From assembly GCA_963793265.1 (NCBI GenBank), contig CAWBZI010000004.1, positions 224,001 to 288,000 on the forward strand: a stretch of DNA of 64,000 nucleotides, read 5' to 3'. Source of the stretch: an uncultured cyanobacterium. GTDB taxonomy: Bacteria > Cyanobacteriota > Cyanobacteriia > Phormidesmidales > Phormidesmidaceae. Positions 20,793-29,848 of the stretch are shown piece by piece. The notes under the pieces are model-generated. The model saw nothing but the letters and a program-made list of their open reading frames with translations, had not been told where the DNA came from and did not search any database. The stretch's first letter is position 1; each line of letters opens with the position of its first letter. The translations under genes were made by a program, and so were the position numbers.

Positions 20793-21353
20793 ATGGAAAG
20801 CGGTGACACGTTAGGGCCTGTCTTGATTACATCGTTTCCGCCATGGCGAAAGGATCAGCGCTCTAACTCATCTGATGATTTGGTGGCGATGCTGCAAGCA
20901 AGTGGTCAGATGCCTGCGGACGCGGTGTGGTTGCGATGGGTGCCGGTGGACTTTGAGCTTGCGCCGAAACAGGTGATTGGTGAAATGAGGCGGCTGCGGC
21001 CTCGCGCTGTTATTTGCTGCGGCATGGCTGAAGGGCGATCGCGTCTATCTATCGAACGACAGGCTATCGAACGGCAGGTTGTTAGCCAGGAACAGGCCAC
21101 GCCTGCTGCAACGCTGCAAACGTCAGTAGATATACCAGAGCTGCTTACAAATACTACATTGAGTGAGCGCAGTGATGATGCTGGTCGTTACGTTTGCAAT
21201 CATCTTTATTATCGTGTTTTGAGCTTTATTAAAGACGCGAACTTATCAACAACAGGCGTATTTCTTCACATTCCAATACTTAGCCAGGAAAATAAAATGC
21301 TAATTCTCGGTGACTTTACAAAAATTGTTCTATCGATATCGAAAGAAAGTTGA
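20793..21353 (+). CDS. Pyroglutamyl-peptidase I (C15) family protein
   Basis: LITSF..W, CCGMAE, SIERQA, DAGRYVCNHLYY, FLHIP. Start uncertain. Confidence 0.85.
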   Translation: MESGDTLGPVLITSFPPWRKDQRSNSSDDLVAMLQASGQMPADAVWLRWVPVDFELAPKQVIGEMRRLRPRAVICCGMAEGRSRLSIERQAIERQVVSQEQATPAATLQTSVDIPELLTNTTLSERSDDAGRYVCNHLYYRVLSFIKDANLSTTGVFLHIPILSQENKMLILGDFTKIVLSISKES

Positions 21354-21588
21354 CTAAAAGATTGTTCATGTGGGTGTAATGACCTCTGTGTAAAGGATAT
21401 AGCTATTTGTAAGTGCTTTTGATTTAGTCTGAACAGTTTGTGATTTGGTAGAAAATACTTGACTTTTAACAACGACAAATTGAGAGATTTCCGCGTTTAC
21501 CGCTGGTGCCTAATAGTTAGAATTGCGGGCTTCTTGATATTTTTGAAACATTCTTTTGCTGTGTCTGTCTAGGGCCTTTCACTGAGCC

Positions 21589-22128
21589 GTGTTAGAGGCT
21601 TACTTTCGCGAATGTATTCGGGCACCATCGGAGGGCAGTTCTTACAAAAGCTACATGTCACGTTCACTCGCTCAAATGAAAGAGCATCTCTTAGCGAATT
21701 GTTTTCCGGTCGCGTCTAATGCTGAGCCGATTGCTTTGTATCAAGGAGATCGGCAACAGGAGATGCAGGAAGATTTTTGTTTGGAGTGCCTGCTGAAAGT
21801 TTTGAAAGTGGGCGATCGCACTGGCTTACTGTCTCGGGTCAACTACTACTTTCCTAAAGACGCCGATGTGCCAGTGAAGCGAGCTTTGCACCATGCCGAA
21901 ATGCTCAATCATTTGCTGATGCATTCCAAGGTGTTTGTGATTCAAGATATCGATGGCGATCGCAGCTATTCTTTACGCATGGATACGCTATTAGACGGCG
22001 ACTATGCCAGAGAAGACATCACTCGCTTTTTTGATGAGGTGACTCAAGATGTCGCCGCTTTGCTGCAACACTTTGGCTATCGTGTAGGTCACCGCTCTGA
22101 CCGCTGTGTCGATCGCTGTCTTAACTAA
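21589..22128 (+). CDS. Hypothetical protein, possibly YbjN/T3SS-chaperone-like fold
   Basis: 179-aa ORF filling the gap. The C-terminal LNxLLMHSKVFV..D.DGD...LRMD..L pattern loosely resembles YbjN. Confidence 0.5.
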   Translation: MLEAYFRECIRAPSEGSSYKSYMSRSLAQMKEHLLANCFPVASNAEPIALYQGDRQQEMQEDFCLECLLKVLKVGDRTGLLSRVNYYFPKDADVPVKRALHHAEMLNHLLMHSKVFVIQDIDGDRSYSLRMDTLLDGDYAREDITRFFDEVTQDVAALLQHFGYRVGHRSDRCVDRCLN

Positions 22129-22188
22129 AGAGCTAAAGAAACGGGCGCATGTTCTATTAGAATCATCGAGTCGATATAGAGTTGACCT

Positions 22189-23664
22189 ATGCTTCTTTGG
22201 CTGATTTCGCTGCCGCTACTGACTCAAACCGGGGTGTCTCAGATGGTATCTCAAGCGGTACCTGCAACAGTGAACTCTCCAACGGTGATCCAATCATCAG
22301 TGGCCCAATCATCGTCACCTGAGGCAGTTATAGAACAGGTGATCTCTCAATCAGTTAGGCCATTGCCAGGACAGCTTAACAGCGTGCCTGTTTTCAATAG
22401 CAATAGTCCTGAGCTAGTGGCGGAGGATGGGATCTTACTCTCAACGTTTCCACCTGAAGGCATGGCCGTGCCCGAAGCACATCTCAACTTTCCGTTTGAG
22501 GGGCGCTTTGATGTGTTTGCTCATCACGTCTATAAGGCAGCAGATTATGACGAGGACGTGCCTGAGCAGCTAGACAGCTTGTATTTAGGCGTGCTAGTAC
22601 ACAATCCTGAAGACGTGCCGGTGACGGTGCGAGTGCTTTCGGGGGCGAGCTATTTAAGTCAGCCAGACGCACCGTTTATTCCGCTGCCGAGTTTTGTGCG
22701 GTTTAGTCCGCGTAAGCCTGTTTTTGCAGGGCCGGGGAGCCGGGCGATGGGTGATATTTTGCAGGGCTATCGGGGCGGTATGTTTCCGGCTGTGATGACG
22801 ATTGCGCCGGGTGAAAGTGAGCTGCTGCTAAATGTGCCGATTCCGATTCGTGAGTTGGAACCACCAATTAATGGGCGGTCTTCTTTGGCTTTGTTAGAGA
22901 GTAGTGGGCCGGTGTATGTGGCGAGCTTGGCGCAGCAAGTGACGCTGGATGAGGCAGGGAATGAAGTGCCGCCGAGTTTGGCGAGCTGGGAGCGGATGCT
23001 GAGAGAAGAGGGTTTGGCGGGGCCGCGTGATCGCGAACCTGCGCCTTTGCCTTTAGCAGAAGGCGTACAGCTTATTTATGGCCGGGTTGCAGGTGTGTCT
23101 GAGGGCTCAGAGTGGGCCGCGACGCTGACTGATACGGATGATTTGGGCGATACCGATGAGGCCGCTCGGCTGACGATTCCTGCTGCGGGTGAGGCGTTTG
23201 CCTATGGTATTAGCCTGCTGTATGGCGGCACGATGGGAACCGGGCAGGTGCAAAGCGCTCGGATGCTGGTGCGCTATCCTGACACGGCCTATCAGGCTCA
23301 TGGTAATTATGGTGTGCGCTATCGCTTGGAGATGCCGCTGCATAATCCGACAGATGAGGTGCAGACGGTGGATGTGGTGTTCTCGACAGCGCTGAAGGAA
23401 GAGGAATTGAGTGAAGGGGGACTGCGCTTTTTGGAGCCGCCGGGGCCGCAGACGTTTTTTAGGGGGCCGGTGCAGGTGCGCTATCAGAGCGATCGCGGTT
23501 TGCCAGTGGTGCGTAATATTCATCTCGTACAGCTACGGGGGGAGCAGGGTGAGCCGCTAGCAACGGTCAATATTGAACCGGGTTCGACGCGGACGGTGGA
23601 TGTGGATTTGCTGTATCCGGCTGATTCGACACCGCCTCAAGTGCTGACGGTGAAAACGAGATAG
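22189..23664 (+). CDS. DUF3370 domain protein
   Basis: VRPLPGQLNSVPVFNSNSPELV, GILLSTFPP, ASYLSQPDAPF, AHGNYGVRY, LLYPADSTPPQVLTV. Confidence 0.88.
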   Translation: MLLWLISLPLLTQTGVSQMVSQAVPATVNSPTVIQSSVAQSSSPEAVIEQVISQSVRPLPGQLNSVPVFNSNSPELVAEDGILLSTFPPEGMAVPEAHLNFPFEGRFDVFAHHVYKAADYDEDVPEQLDSLYLGVLVHNPEDVPVTVRVLSGASYLSQPDAPFIPLPSFVRFSPRKPVFAGPGSRAMGDILQGYRGGMFPAVMTIAPGESELLLNVPIPIRELEPPINGRSSLALLESSGPVYVASLAQQVTLDEAGNEVPPSLASWERMLREEGLAGPRDREPAPLPLAEGVQLIYGRVAGVSEGSEWAATLTDTDDLGDTDEAARLTIPAAGEAFAYGISLLYGGTMGTGQVQSARMLVRYPDTAYQAHGNYGVRYRLEMPLHNPTDEVQTVDVVFSTALKEEELSEGGLRFLEPPGPQTFFRGPVQVRYQSDRGLPVVRNIHLVQLRGEQGEPLATVNIEPGSTRTVDVDLLYPADSTPPQVLTVKTR

Positions 23665-23874
23665 CTGTAAACCTTATGGATAAAGGGCTAGCTGGAAAGT
23701 GAATGGCAGATTAGGGGCACTTTTTTGAATGCTCAGTTAACACTTATCTGATTATCATGTGTCTTCTGTGAGTCACGAGCATACTAATAACAACAAGGAA
23801 TAGAGAGAGACGCCGCAAGTCTTTTAGCTTCTTTGCTCACGTATCTCGTAGATTTTTTTGGAGACTTTAGACTC

Positions 23875-24345
23875 ATGAAAGTATCACTTTTTCAACAGAT
23901 TAAGCTCACTGGTTTGACACTTGCGATCGCTGCTTTTAGCTATCAGCCATCTACTCAAGCTAGCTTCTCGCCTACTTTTCAATCAACCAACGCTGCAATC
24001 ACGCTAGCCCAAGCGCCCAACGCGCTTAAGCGCGCCACGTTTGTTGGAGATAACCGCCATGAGACTTCGGGTAACGCTGAGATCGTAGAAGAAAATGGCC
24101 AGCGCTATCTAGAGTTTGATTCAGCTTTTCGCTCAGACAGTGGCCCTGATTTGTTTGTGTTGTTGCATAAAGAAGCGGTGCCTAATTCTTACAGCCCAGA
24201 GAACTACGTTAACTTGGGTCGAATTCAGGCGCTAGACGGCGTACAGCGCTACGCGATTCCAGCAGATGTGGATATTGCAGATTTGAAGTCGGCTGTGATT
24301 TGGTGCCAGCAGTTTGACGTTACGTTTGGCTATGCGACTTTTTAA
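23875..24345 (+). CDS. Secreted DM13 domain protein
   Basis: Signal peptide; HETSG, GPDLFVLL, LGRIQ..GVQRYAIP, VIWCQQFDVTFG. GGAGA RBS. Confidence 0.88.
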   Translation: MKVSLFQQIKLTGLTLAIAAFSYQPSTQASFSPTFQSTNAAITLAQAPNALKRATFVGDNRHETSGNAEIVEENGQRYLEFDSAFRSDSGPDLFVLLHKEAVPNSYSPENYVNLGRIQALDGVQRYAIPADVDIADLKSAVIWCQQFDVTFGYATF

Positions 24346-24366
24346 GGAGCGGAGATGCGATGGGTT

Positions 24367-24410
24367 GCTGAGCCGGAGGGCGCACAGCCGTGACGCCCCT
24401 ACGGTTCGGT
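24367..24410 (-). repeat. GTAG-type REP-like palindrome that doubles as a terminator hairpin
   Basis: Minus strand reads GTAGGGGCGTCACGGCTGTGCGCCCTC. Flanks GCTGAGCCG/CGGTTCGGT extend the stem on +, followed by a T-rich tract. Confidence 0.6.
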
Positions 24411-24486
24411 TTGGTTTTATTGGGTCTGGACGCTTTAATGTGCGATGGTAACGCTAACGTTACGCTGTTAAAGCGCTCTAAAGGTC

Positions 24487-25413
24487 ATGAGAATTAAAGG
24501 AACAACTAAGCTGCTTGGGGTGATTGGCTATCCGGTAGAACATTCTTTTTCGCCGCTGATGCATAATGCAGCGATCGCTCACCTTCAAAAAAACGGTCAA
24601 GAGAATAGTCAAGAAAACAGTCCGCAGCTCAATGCTGATTATGTTTATCTACCTTTTCCGATTGCGCCTGAGGCTTTGGAAAGTGCGATCGCTGGCTTTA
24701 CTGCCATTAACCTGCAAGGCTTCAACATCACAATCCCACACAAGCAATCTATCATTCCACTCTTAGATGACGTGAGCGAGGTGGCCCAGGCTATCGGCGC
24801 AGTAAACACGGTTTGGCGGAATGGAGCTAGATTGTGCGGTACGAACACGGATGCTGTAGGGTTTTTAGCGCCGCTGAAGACTTTAGATCGAAATTGGTCG
24901 GGAGCAAAGGCGATCGTTTTAGGCAACGGCGGAGCCGCAAGAGCGGTAGTGGCGGCTTGCTGTCAGTTAGGCTGCGAGAAGGTTTGGGTGGTGGGGCGAT
25001 CGCCTGAAAAGCTACAGACGTTTGCTCAAAGCTGGGCAGGCTCGCCGGATATCGGCGCGAAGCTGTCGGTAGTGGACTGGAACCGGCTGAGTGACTATTT
25101 GCCAGAAGCCGCGCTGGTGGTGAATGCGACGCCTTTGGGTATGCATCCTCATGTGGATAGGTCGCCGTTGGATGAGGCGGAGATTGCGCTGATGAATGAG
25201 GGTGCGATCGCCTACGATCTTATCTACACACCCAGACCAACTCAGTTCTTACGGCAGGCGGCTGCGACCGGACATTTGGCTATAGATGGCTTAGAAATGC
25301 TTGTGCAGCAGGGTGCGGCGGCTTTGGAAATATGGTTAGGCCAACCGGCTCCAATTGCGGTAATGCGGCAGTCTTTATTGGATTATCTGAGTGAAAAATC
25401 AGGGCACGATTAA
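24487..25413 (+). CDS. aroE: Shikimate dehydrogenase
   Basis: GYPVEHSFSPLMHN, NITIPHK, GAVNT, NTD, GNGGAARA, NATPLGM, DGLEMLVQQG. Confidence 0.96.
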   Translation: MRIKGTTKLLGVIGYPVEHSFSPLMHNAAIAHLQKNGQENSQENSPQLNADYVYLPFPIAPEALESAIAGFTAINLQGFNITIPHKQSIIPLLDDVSEVAQAIGAVNTVWRNGARLCGTNTDAVGFLAPLKTLDRNWSGAKAIVLGNGGAARAVVAACCQLGCEKVWVVGRSPEKLQTFAQSWAGSPDIGAKLSVVDWNRLSDYLPEAALVVNATPLGMHPHVDRSPLDEAEIALMNEGAIAYDLIYTPRPTQFLRQAAATGHLAIDGLEMLVQQGAAALEIWLGQPAPIAVMRQSLLDYLSEKSGHD

Positions 25414-25462
25414 CCCTTAAAATCACGGTAAGCTGGTTGTAATATCTAGCTACTGCGCCTCT

Positions 25463-25933
25463 ATGACTTTTCCGTCACGCTCCAATATTCTCGCGGTCTT
25501 TATGGCTGTTTGCCTGTGCTTTTTTAGCTGGGTGCCAGCGGCTCATGCACTTACGCAAATCGGGCTCAAAGACCTAGCGGCTGAGGAGTGTCCTGCTGAC
25601 GCGGCCTATGCTGAAAACCTGACGACCAGCGGATCTTCTCAAGAAGCAACCTGTTATCTAATTCGCGGCACGGCGGTGAATAGCTCAGGCAAAGACATTG
25701 TAGATGCGGATATCTTTGGCCGCATCTATGACGCTCAAGATAATTCAGTCATGAAAAATCGCTTCCGCCTGGGCGGTATTGAGTACGTGCCCGCTGGCGA
25801 AAGCGAATTTTCGTTCAGGATTTCGGTGCCTTCAGTTCAGCCTGCGCCTTTACGCCTCGAAAAGTTTAAGGCCACTGGGTTTACCAGCAAGGTCAGAAGA
25901 TTTCAGGCTTGGGATCAGTCGATTGATGAGTAA
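25463..25933 (+). CDS. Exported hypothetical protein
   Basis: Signal peptide ending AHA, two Cys, DADIFGRIYDA...NRFRLG motif that I recall from cyanobacterial hypotheticals. Confidence 0.7.
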   Translation: MTFPSRSNILAVFMAVCLCFFSWVPAAHALTQIGLKDLAAEECPADAAYAENLTTSGSSQEATCYLIRGTAVNSSGKDIVDADIFGRIYDAQDNSVMKNRFRLGGIEYVPAGESEFSFRISVPSVQPAPLRLEKFKATGFTSKVRRFQAWDQSIDE

Positions 25934-26269
25934 TTAGTAGGCTCCAAACCCAGTGTTGCTCATTGTTACTAAGCTGCTACCAGCACCCGCAATTAAGCTA
26001 GAGACGATTTGCACGGCGAAAATTGCGACGATAGCTGAAAGGTCTAGGCCACCAAGCGGTGGAATAATGGAGCGAAATATGTTGAGGTAGGGATCGGTGA
26101 GCTGGGAGACGGTAGAGAAAAGTGGGTTTGACCAGTCGATGTTAGGGAACCAGCTCAGCAGAATGCGAACGAGAAGCAGTGCCCAGTAGATTTGGAGAAA
26201 CATCACCACGCCACTGATCAGGTCTGCACCTGAGATGGCGAGGGCATTAGCGGCAATGAGGTCGATCAT
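25934..26269 (-). CDS. yggT: YggT/YlmG (Ycf19) family membrane protein
   Basis: LLVRILLSWFPNIDW, LTDPYLNIFRSIIPPLGGLDLS. Confidence 0.92.
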   Translation of the reverse strand: MIDLIAANALAISGADLISGVVMFLQIYWALLLVRILLSWFPNIDWSNPLFSTVSQLTDPYLNIFRSIIPPLGGLDLSAIVAIFAVQIVSSLIAGAGSSLVTMSNTGFGAY

Positions 26270-26351
26270 AGTTTTCTAGGCGAATTTGCTTCAAGTGTAT
26301 AGATCTATTTTAGAGCACGGAGCAGCGGCTGTATTCTACCGGATGGTTCTT

Positions 26352-26714
26352 TTAATTGTCGTATTCAGGGCGCTGCTGCATTGACGGGCTGACAGGCTGA
26401 CCGACGGGCTGATTTTGAAAGCTATTAGATAGGTTATTCGCCTGGCTACCTGTATTGCTCATCTGCACTCTGACATCTTCAATAGCGGTATTGAGCTGAG
26501 CAATTTTGTCTTCTAGGCCGCGTCGGGCAATTTCCATCTTTTCTTCGGTGGTGGCGTTTTCGAGCTGGCGACGCTCTTCTTCGGATAGCTGGCTAAAGTC
26601 GTCTTCAGGCTCACGGCGGAGGCGATCGCTTGCCAAAACGCCCACAATGCCGCCGATGATGCCGCCGACAAAGGCTCCGGTGATAAATCCACCCGCAAAA
26701 TTGTGTTGACTCAT
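26352..26714 (-). CDS. Small membrane-anchored coiled-coil protein (YtxH-like)
   Basis: FAGGFITGAFVGGIIGGIVG Gly-rich TM, ARRGLEDKIAQLN coil. AGGAG RBS before ATG 26714. Confidence 0.75.
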   Translation of the reverse strand: MSQHNFAGGFITGAFVGGIIGGIVGVLASDRLRREPEDDFSQLSEEERRQLENATTEEKMEIARRGLEDKIAQLNTAIEDVRVQMSNTGSQANNLSNSFQNQPVGQPVSPSMQQRPEYDN

Positions 26715-26766
26715 GAGGTTCTCCTGGGGGTTTCTCCTAGATAAATAGATTACGTGGATAAATAGA

Positions 26767-27417
26767 TTACGTGCCAAAGGTGCGATCGCCCGCATCCCCT
26801 AAGCCTGGAACAATAAAGCCGTTTTCATCTAAGCCTTCATCGATAATAGCGGCGTAAATGGTCACAGTTGGATAGTTTTCAGCGAGCTTTTGCAGGGCTT
26901 GCGGCGCGGTGACAATAGAAATAATGCGAACGAACGCGGGGTCTATGCCGCGCTTAACCAGCTCTGCCATGGTCGCCATAATCGTACCGCCTGTGGCTAG
27001 CATCGGTTCGGAAATAATCAGGCGGGTGCTGGGCTCAAACTGCTCGGGTAGCTTGTTGAGATACCAGATGGGCTCTAGCGTTTCCTCGTTGCGAGCAAGC
27101 CCGATGTGGTAGGTGCAGCCTGTCGGCACAGCGCTTTGAATGCCTTCTACCAGGGCCAAACCCGCGCGCAGAATTGGGACAATCGCCACCGGCACTTCAG
27201 GATCTACAAAGGTGGCCGGGCAGGTGGTGAGCGGCGTTTCAATCGTCATGTCTACGGTGGGAAGCCAGTCTCGGACGGCTTCGTAGGCCAGCCAGCGGCC
27301 CAGCTCCGTCATGGCGCTACGGAAAACGGGGGAGGGGGTGCTTGCGCTGCGAAGTACGCCGAGCCAGTGCTTAATTAAGGGATGGGGCGGAACGTAGATT
27401 CGCAGTTGTAGGGCCAT
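26767..27417 (-). CDS. upp: Uracil phosphoribosyltransferase
   Basis: HPLIKHWL, VPILRAG, PMLATGGT, IVPGLGDAGDRTFGT. Confidence 0.97.
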   Translation of the reverse strand: MALQLRIYVPPHPLIKHWLGVLRSASTPSPVFRSAMTELGRWLAYEAVRDWLPTVDMTIETPLTTCPATFVDPEVPVAIVPILRAGLALVEGIQSAVPTGCTYHIGLARNEETLEPIWYLNKLPEQFEPSTRLIISEPMLATGGTIMATMAELVKRGIDPAFVRIISIVTAPQALQKLAENYPTVTIYAAIIDEGLDENGFIVPGLGDAGDRTFGT

Positions 27418-27561
27418 AGATCAAAAGCCGGGTTGAGCAGGATGGGGATGTGAGAAAGCGCTAACGGGCGCGAAAAGCGGTAGAAACTATCATACTGCTG
27501 TGGCTACGATCATTTCTGTTTGTGCACAAGTATTGTTAGCTGAACCAGTTAGTTAGACCCG

Positions 27562-28224
27562 TTAGCTAAGCCAAAACAGACCGCCTAGCGTGAGCAGAAT
27601 GCCAGCTAGGGCAATCCAGACGAACTGGTTGTCGTCGGTGTTGACCTGGCTAAGATCTAGCGGTTCGGGTTCGGGTTTGGGCTTGCGGCGGCGGGGCTTT
27701 TTGGGCACCTGGGCGTAGCGTTTGCCCTGGTCGTCTTCAAGATCGGTGAGATCAGGAATTTGGGTGACCCATTCGGGCCTCATTTCTAGCTCGGGGGCTT
27801 CGAGTATGTAGAGCAGGCGTTTACTCTGGCGCTGGGTGTCAAGGTCGGGATGTCTAATGAGCTTGCGGCACAGCGATCGCCCCTCTTCTTCATCACCGTT
27901 GGCGACGTAGGCATTCACCAGCCACATCTGAATTTCGCCGCCCCGTGCGCCGATGGGATTAGAGAGGGCCAAGGCGGTTTGAAAGTGTTCGATGGCTTTG
28001 CGATAGCGACCGCGCTCGAAGGTTGCCTGGCCTAGCGTAAAGGCTTCTTTGGCGCGGGCTTTTTTTTCGGGATTGTCGAGCTTATCCAGGGCGCGGCCTA
28101 TACGCTCAACCGCACTGTCTGGGGTATCTTCTGCTGAGGTGCTGTCTGCCGGGCGCTCTGCGGTGGAATTGCTTAAAGAATTGTTTGGTGTGAGGGCATC
28201 AGATGGCCCAGGCTCCGAAGTCAT
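27562..28224 (-). CDS. TPR protein with C-terminal membrane anchor
   Basis: GQATFERGRYRKAIEHF TPR, GGEIQMWLV, LLYILEAP, C-terminal TM. Confidence 0.8.
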   Translation of the reverse strand: MTSEPGPSDALTPNNSLSNSTAERPADSTSAEDTPDSAVERIGRALDKLDNPEKKARAKEAFTLGQATFERGRYRKAIEHFQTALALSNPIGARGGEIQMWLVNAYVANGDEEEGRSLCRKLIRHPDLDTQRQSKRLLYILEAPELEMRPEWVTQIPDLTDLEDDQGKRYAQVPKKPRRRKPKPEPEPLDLSQVNTDDNQFVWIALAGILLTLGGLFWLS

Positions 28225-28308
28225 GAGTAGCTAAAAAGGCGGTTCACTGTTTAGTTTATCGCGTGCGGTTTAGGATGGTTATTTGATATTAGTTAAGTGA
28301 TGCAGCCG

Positions 28309-29073
28309 ATGTTGATGGTGATTTCTCCCGCTAAAACCCTGGACTATTCGGGAGCCGATTATTCTCACTTCACGGTGCCGGAGATGCTGGATAAAAGTGA
28401 AGTGTTGATCGATAAACTCAGCGGTTACGAGCCGCTTGAGCTTTCAGACTTGATGAAAATTAGCGATAAGCTAGCTGCACTTAATCGGCAGCGCTATCAG
28501 GATTTTGAGACGCCTTTTACGCTTGAGAACGCAAAGCAGGCGCTGCTGGTTTTTAACGGGGATGTTTATCGCGGTATTAAGGTGAAAGAGTATGACGATG
28601 ACGATTTGGCGTTTGCTCAAAAGCATTTAAGGATTTTGTCGGGACTGTATGGCGTTTTGCGACCGTTGGACTTGATGCAGCCTTACCGATTGGAGATGGG
28701 AACGAAGCTAATTACTGAGCAGGGTAAGAATCTGTATGAGTTTTGGGGCGATCGCATTGCGGCGCTGATTAATGAAGCGTTGGAGTCGGAGGCTAATCCC
28801 TGTCTGGTGAATCTGGCATCAAATGAGTATTTTAAGTCGGTGGATCAAAAGGCGCTGAAGGCGGACGTTTTGAACATTGCCTTTAAGGAGAATAAAAACG
28901 GCGTTTATAAGATTGTTGCGATTCACGCTAAGCGGGCGCGAGGACTGATGGTGGATTTCGCGATTCGTAATCGGGTTGAAAATGTAGAGCAGCTTAAAGA
29001 CTTTGATACGGAAGGGTATCGGTTTGATGCGGCGATGTCTGAACCGGATACTTGGGTGTTTTGTCGAGATTAA
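28309..29073 (+). CDS. yaaA: Peroxide stress protein YaaA
   Basis: MLMVISPAKTLD, ILSGLYGVLRPLDLMQPYRLEMG, NLASNEYFK, AKRARG. Confidence 0.95.
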   Translation: MLMVISPAKTLDYSGADYSHFTVPEMLDKSEVLIDKLSGYEPLELSDLMKISDKLAALNRQRYQDFETPFTLENAKQALLVFNGDVYRGIKVKEYDDDDLAFAQKHLRILSGLYGVLRPLDLMQPYRLEMGTKLITEQGKNLYEFWGDRIAALINEALESEANPCLVNLASNEYFKSVDQKALKADVLNIAFKENKNGVYKIVAIHAKRARGLMVDFAIRNRVENVEQLKDFDTEGYRFDAAMSEPDTWVFCRD

Positions 29074-29108
29074 TACGAAGTGAAGGAGATTGGCTGTTGC
29101 AGCGCGCT

Positions 29109-29738
29109 ATGCCCGGATTTACGAGCTATCACTTTAAGCTAATCGCGGCTTTTACCATGCTGCTAGATCACATTGCAGCCATTCTTTATCCTGAAGCTGA
29201 CTGGCTGCGAGCGATTGGCCGCATTAGCTTTCCGGCGTTTCTCTATTTGCTGGTGCAGGGTGAGGTGTTTACAAAAGATGTTGGGCGCTACGGTCTGCGG
29301 CTAGGACTGCTCGCTATTATCTCTCAGCCGATCTATCAGATTGCGTTTGATACCAATCAGCTCAACGTTTTGTTCCTTTTGCTCATCGGACTGATATGTT
29401 TGCGCCAGAGTCGGCGGTACCAGCAGCTATCTTTCCTGATATGGCTAGCTGGCGCACTGATGGCGGAGCTGTTAAATACTAGCTATGGCGGCTACGGCAT
29501 TCTCCTAATACTGCTAATTCGCGCTTTTCGTCCGACGCTCTTATGGTGGTCAGGCTGGCTAGGGTTTAATTTGACTTGGATGGCGCTGATTGGCGGCTGG
29601 TTTCAGCTTCCAATACTTTGGGTGCCGCTGTTGTTTATGTCAGCGAATGGGCAGCGAGGGGCTAAGGCTCGCTGGTTCTATGGCTTTTATCCAGGGCACT
29701 TGCTGCTGTTGGCAATGATTGCGGGCGCTCTACGATAG
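29109..29738 (+). CDS. TraX-family membrane acyltransferase
   Basis: KLIAAFTMLLDH, IGRISFP, ISQPIY, FYGFYPGHL. Confidence 0.85.
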   Translation: MPGFTSYHFKLIAAFTMLLDHIAAILYPEADWLRAIGRISFPAFLYLLVQGEVFTKDVGRYGLRLGLLAIISQPIYQIAFDTNQLNVLFLLLIGLICLRQSRRYQQLSFLIWLAGALMAELLNTSYGGYGILLILLIRAFRPTLLWWSGWLGFNLTWMALIGGWFQLPILWVPLLFMSANGQRGAKARWFYGFYPGHLLLLAMIAGALR

Positions 29739-29764
29739 GGGCTGAACCTTGCCAATCACGACAA

Positions 29765-29793
29765 TGCCCGTCACAGCAATGTTGTGACGGGCA
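29765..29793. terminator. Hairpin between convergent genes (probable terminator)
   Basis: TGCCCGTCACAGC-aat-GTTGTGACGGGCA. Confidence 0.65.
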
Positions 29794-29848
29794 GAAAGAT
29801 TAGGCGACTACTCGGATGCGATCGCCTCAAGTCATAGCGGTAAAAACG

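Noticed and set aside
24448..24463. GTAACG-ctaa-CGTTAC upstream of aroE as an NtcA site
   Set aside because: Spacing is GTA-N10-TAC rather than N8; too short to support another call.
29109..29738. TraX as evidence of an integrated conjugative element
   Set aside because: No relaxase, T4SS, integrase or att-like repeats; the flanks are housekeeping genes.
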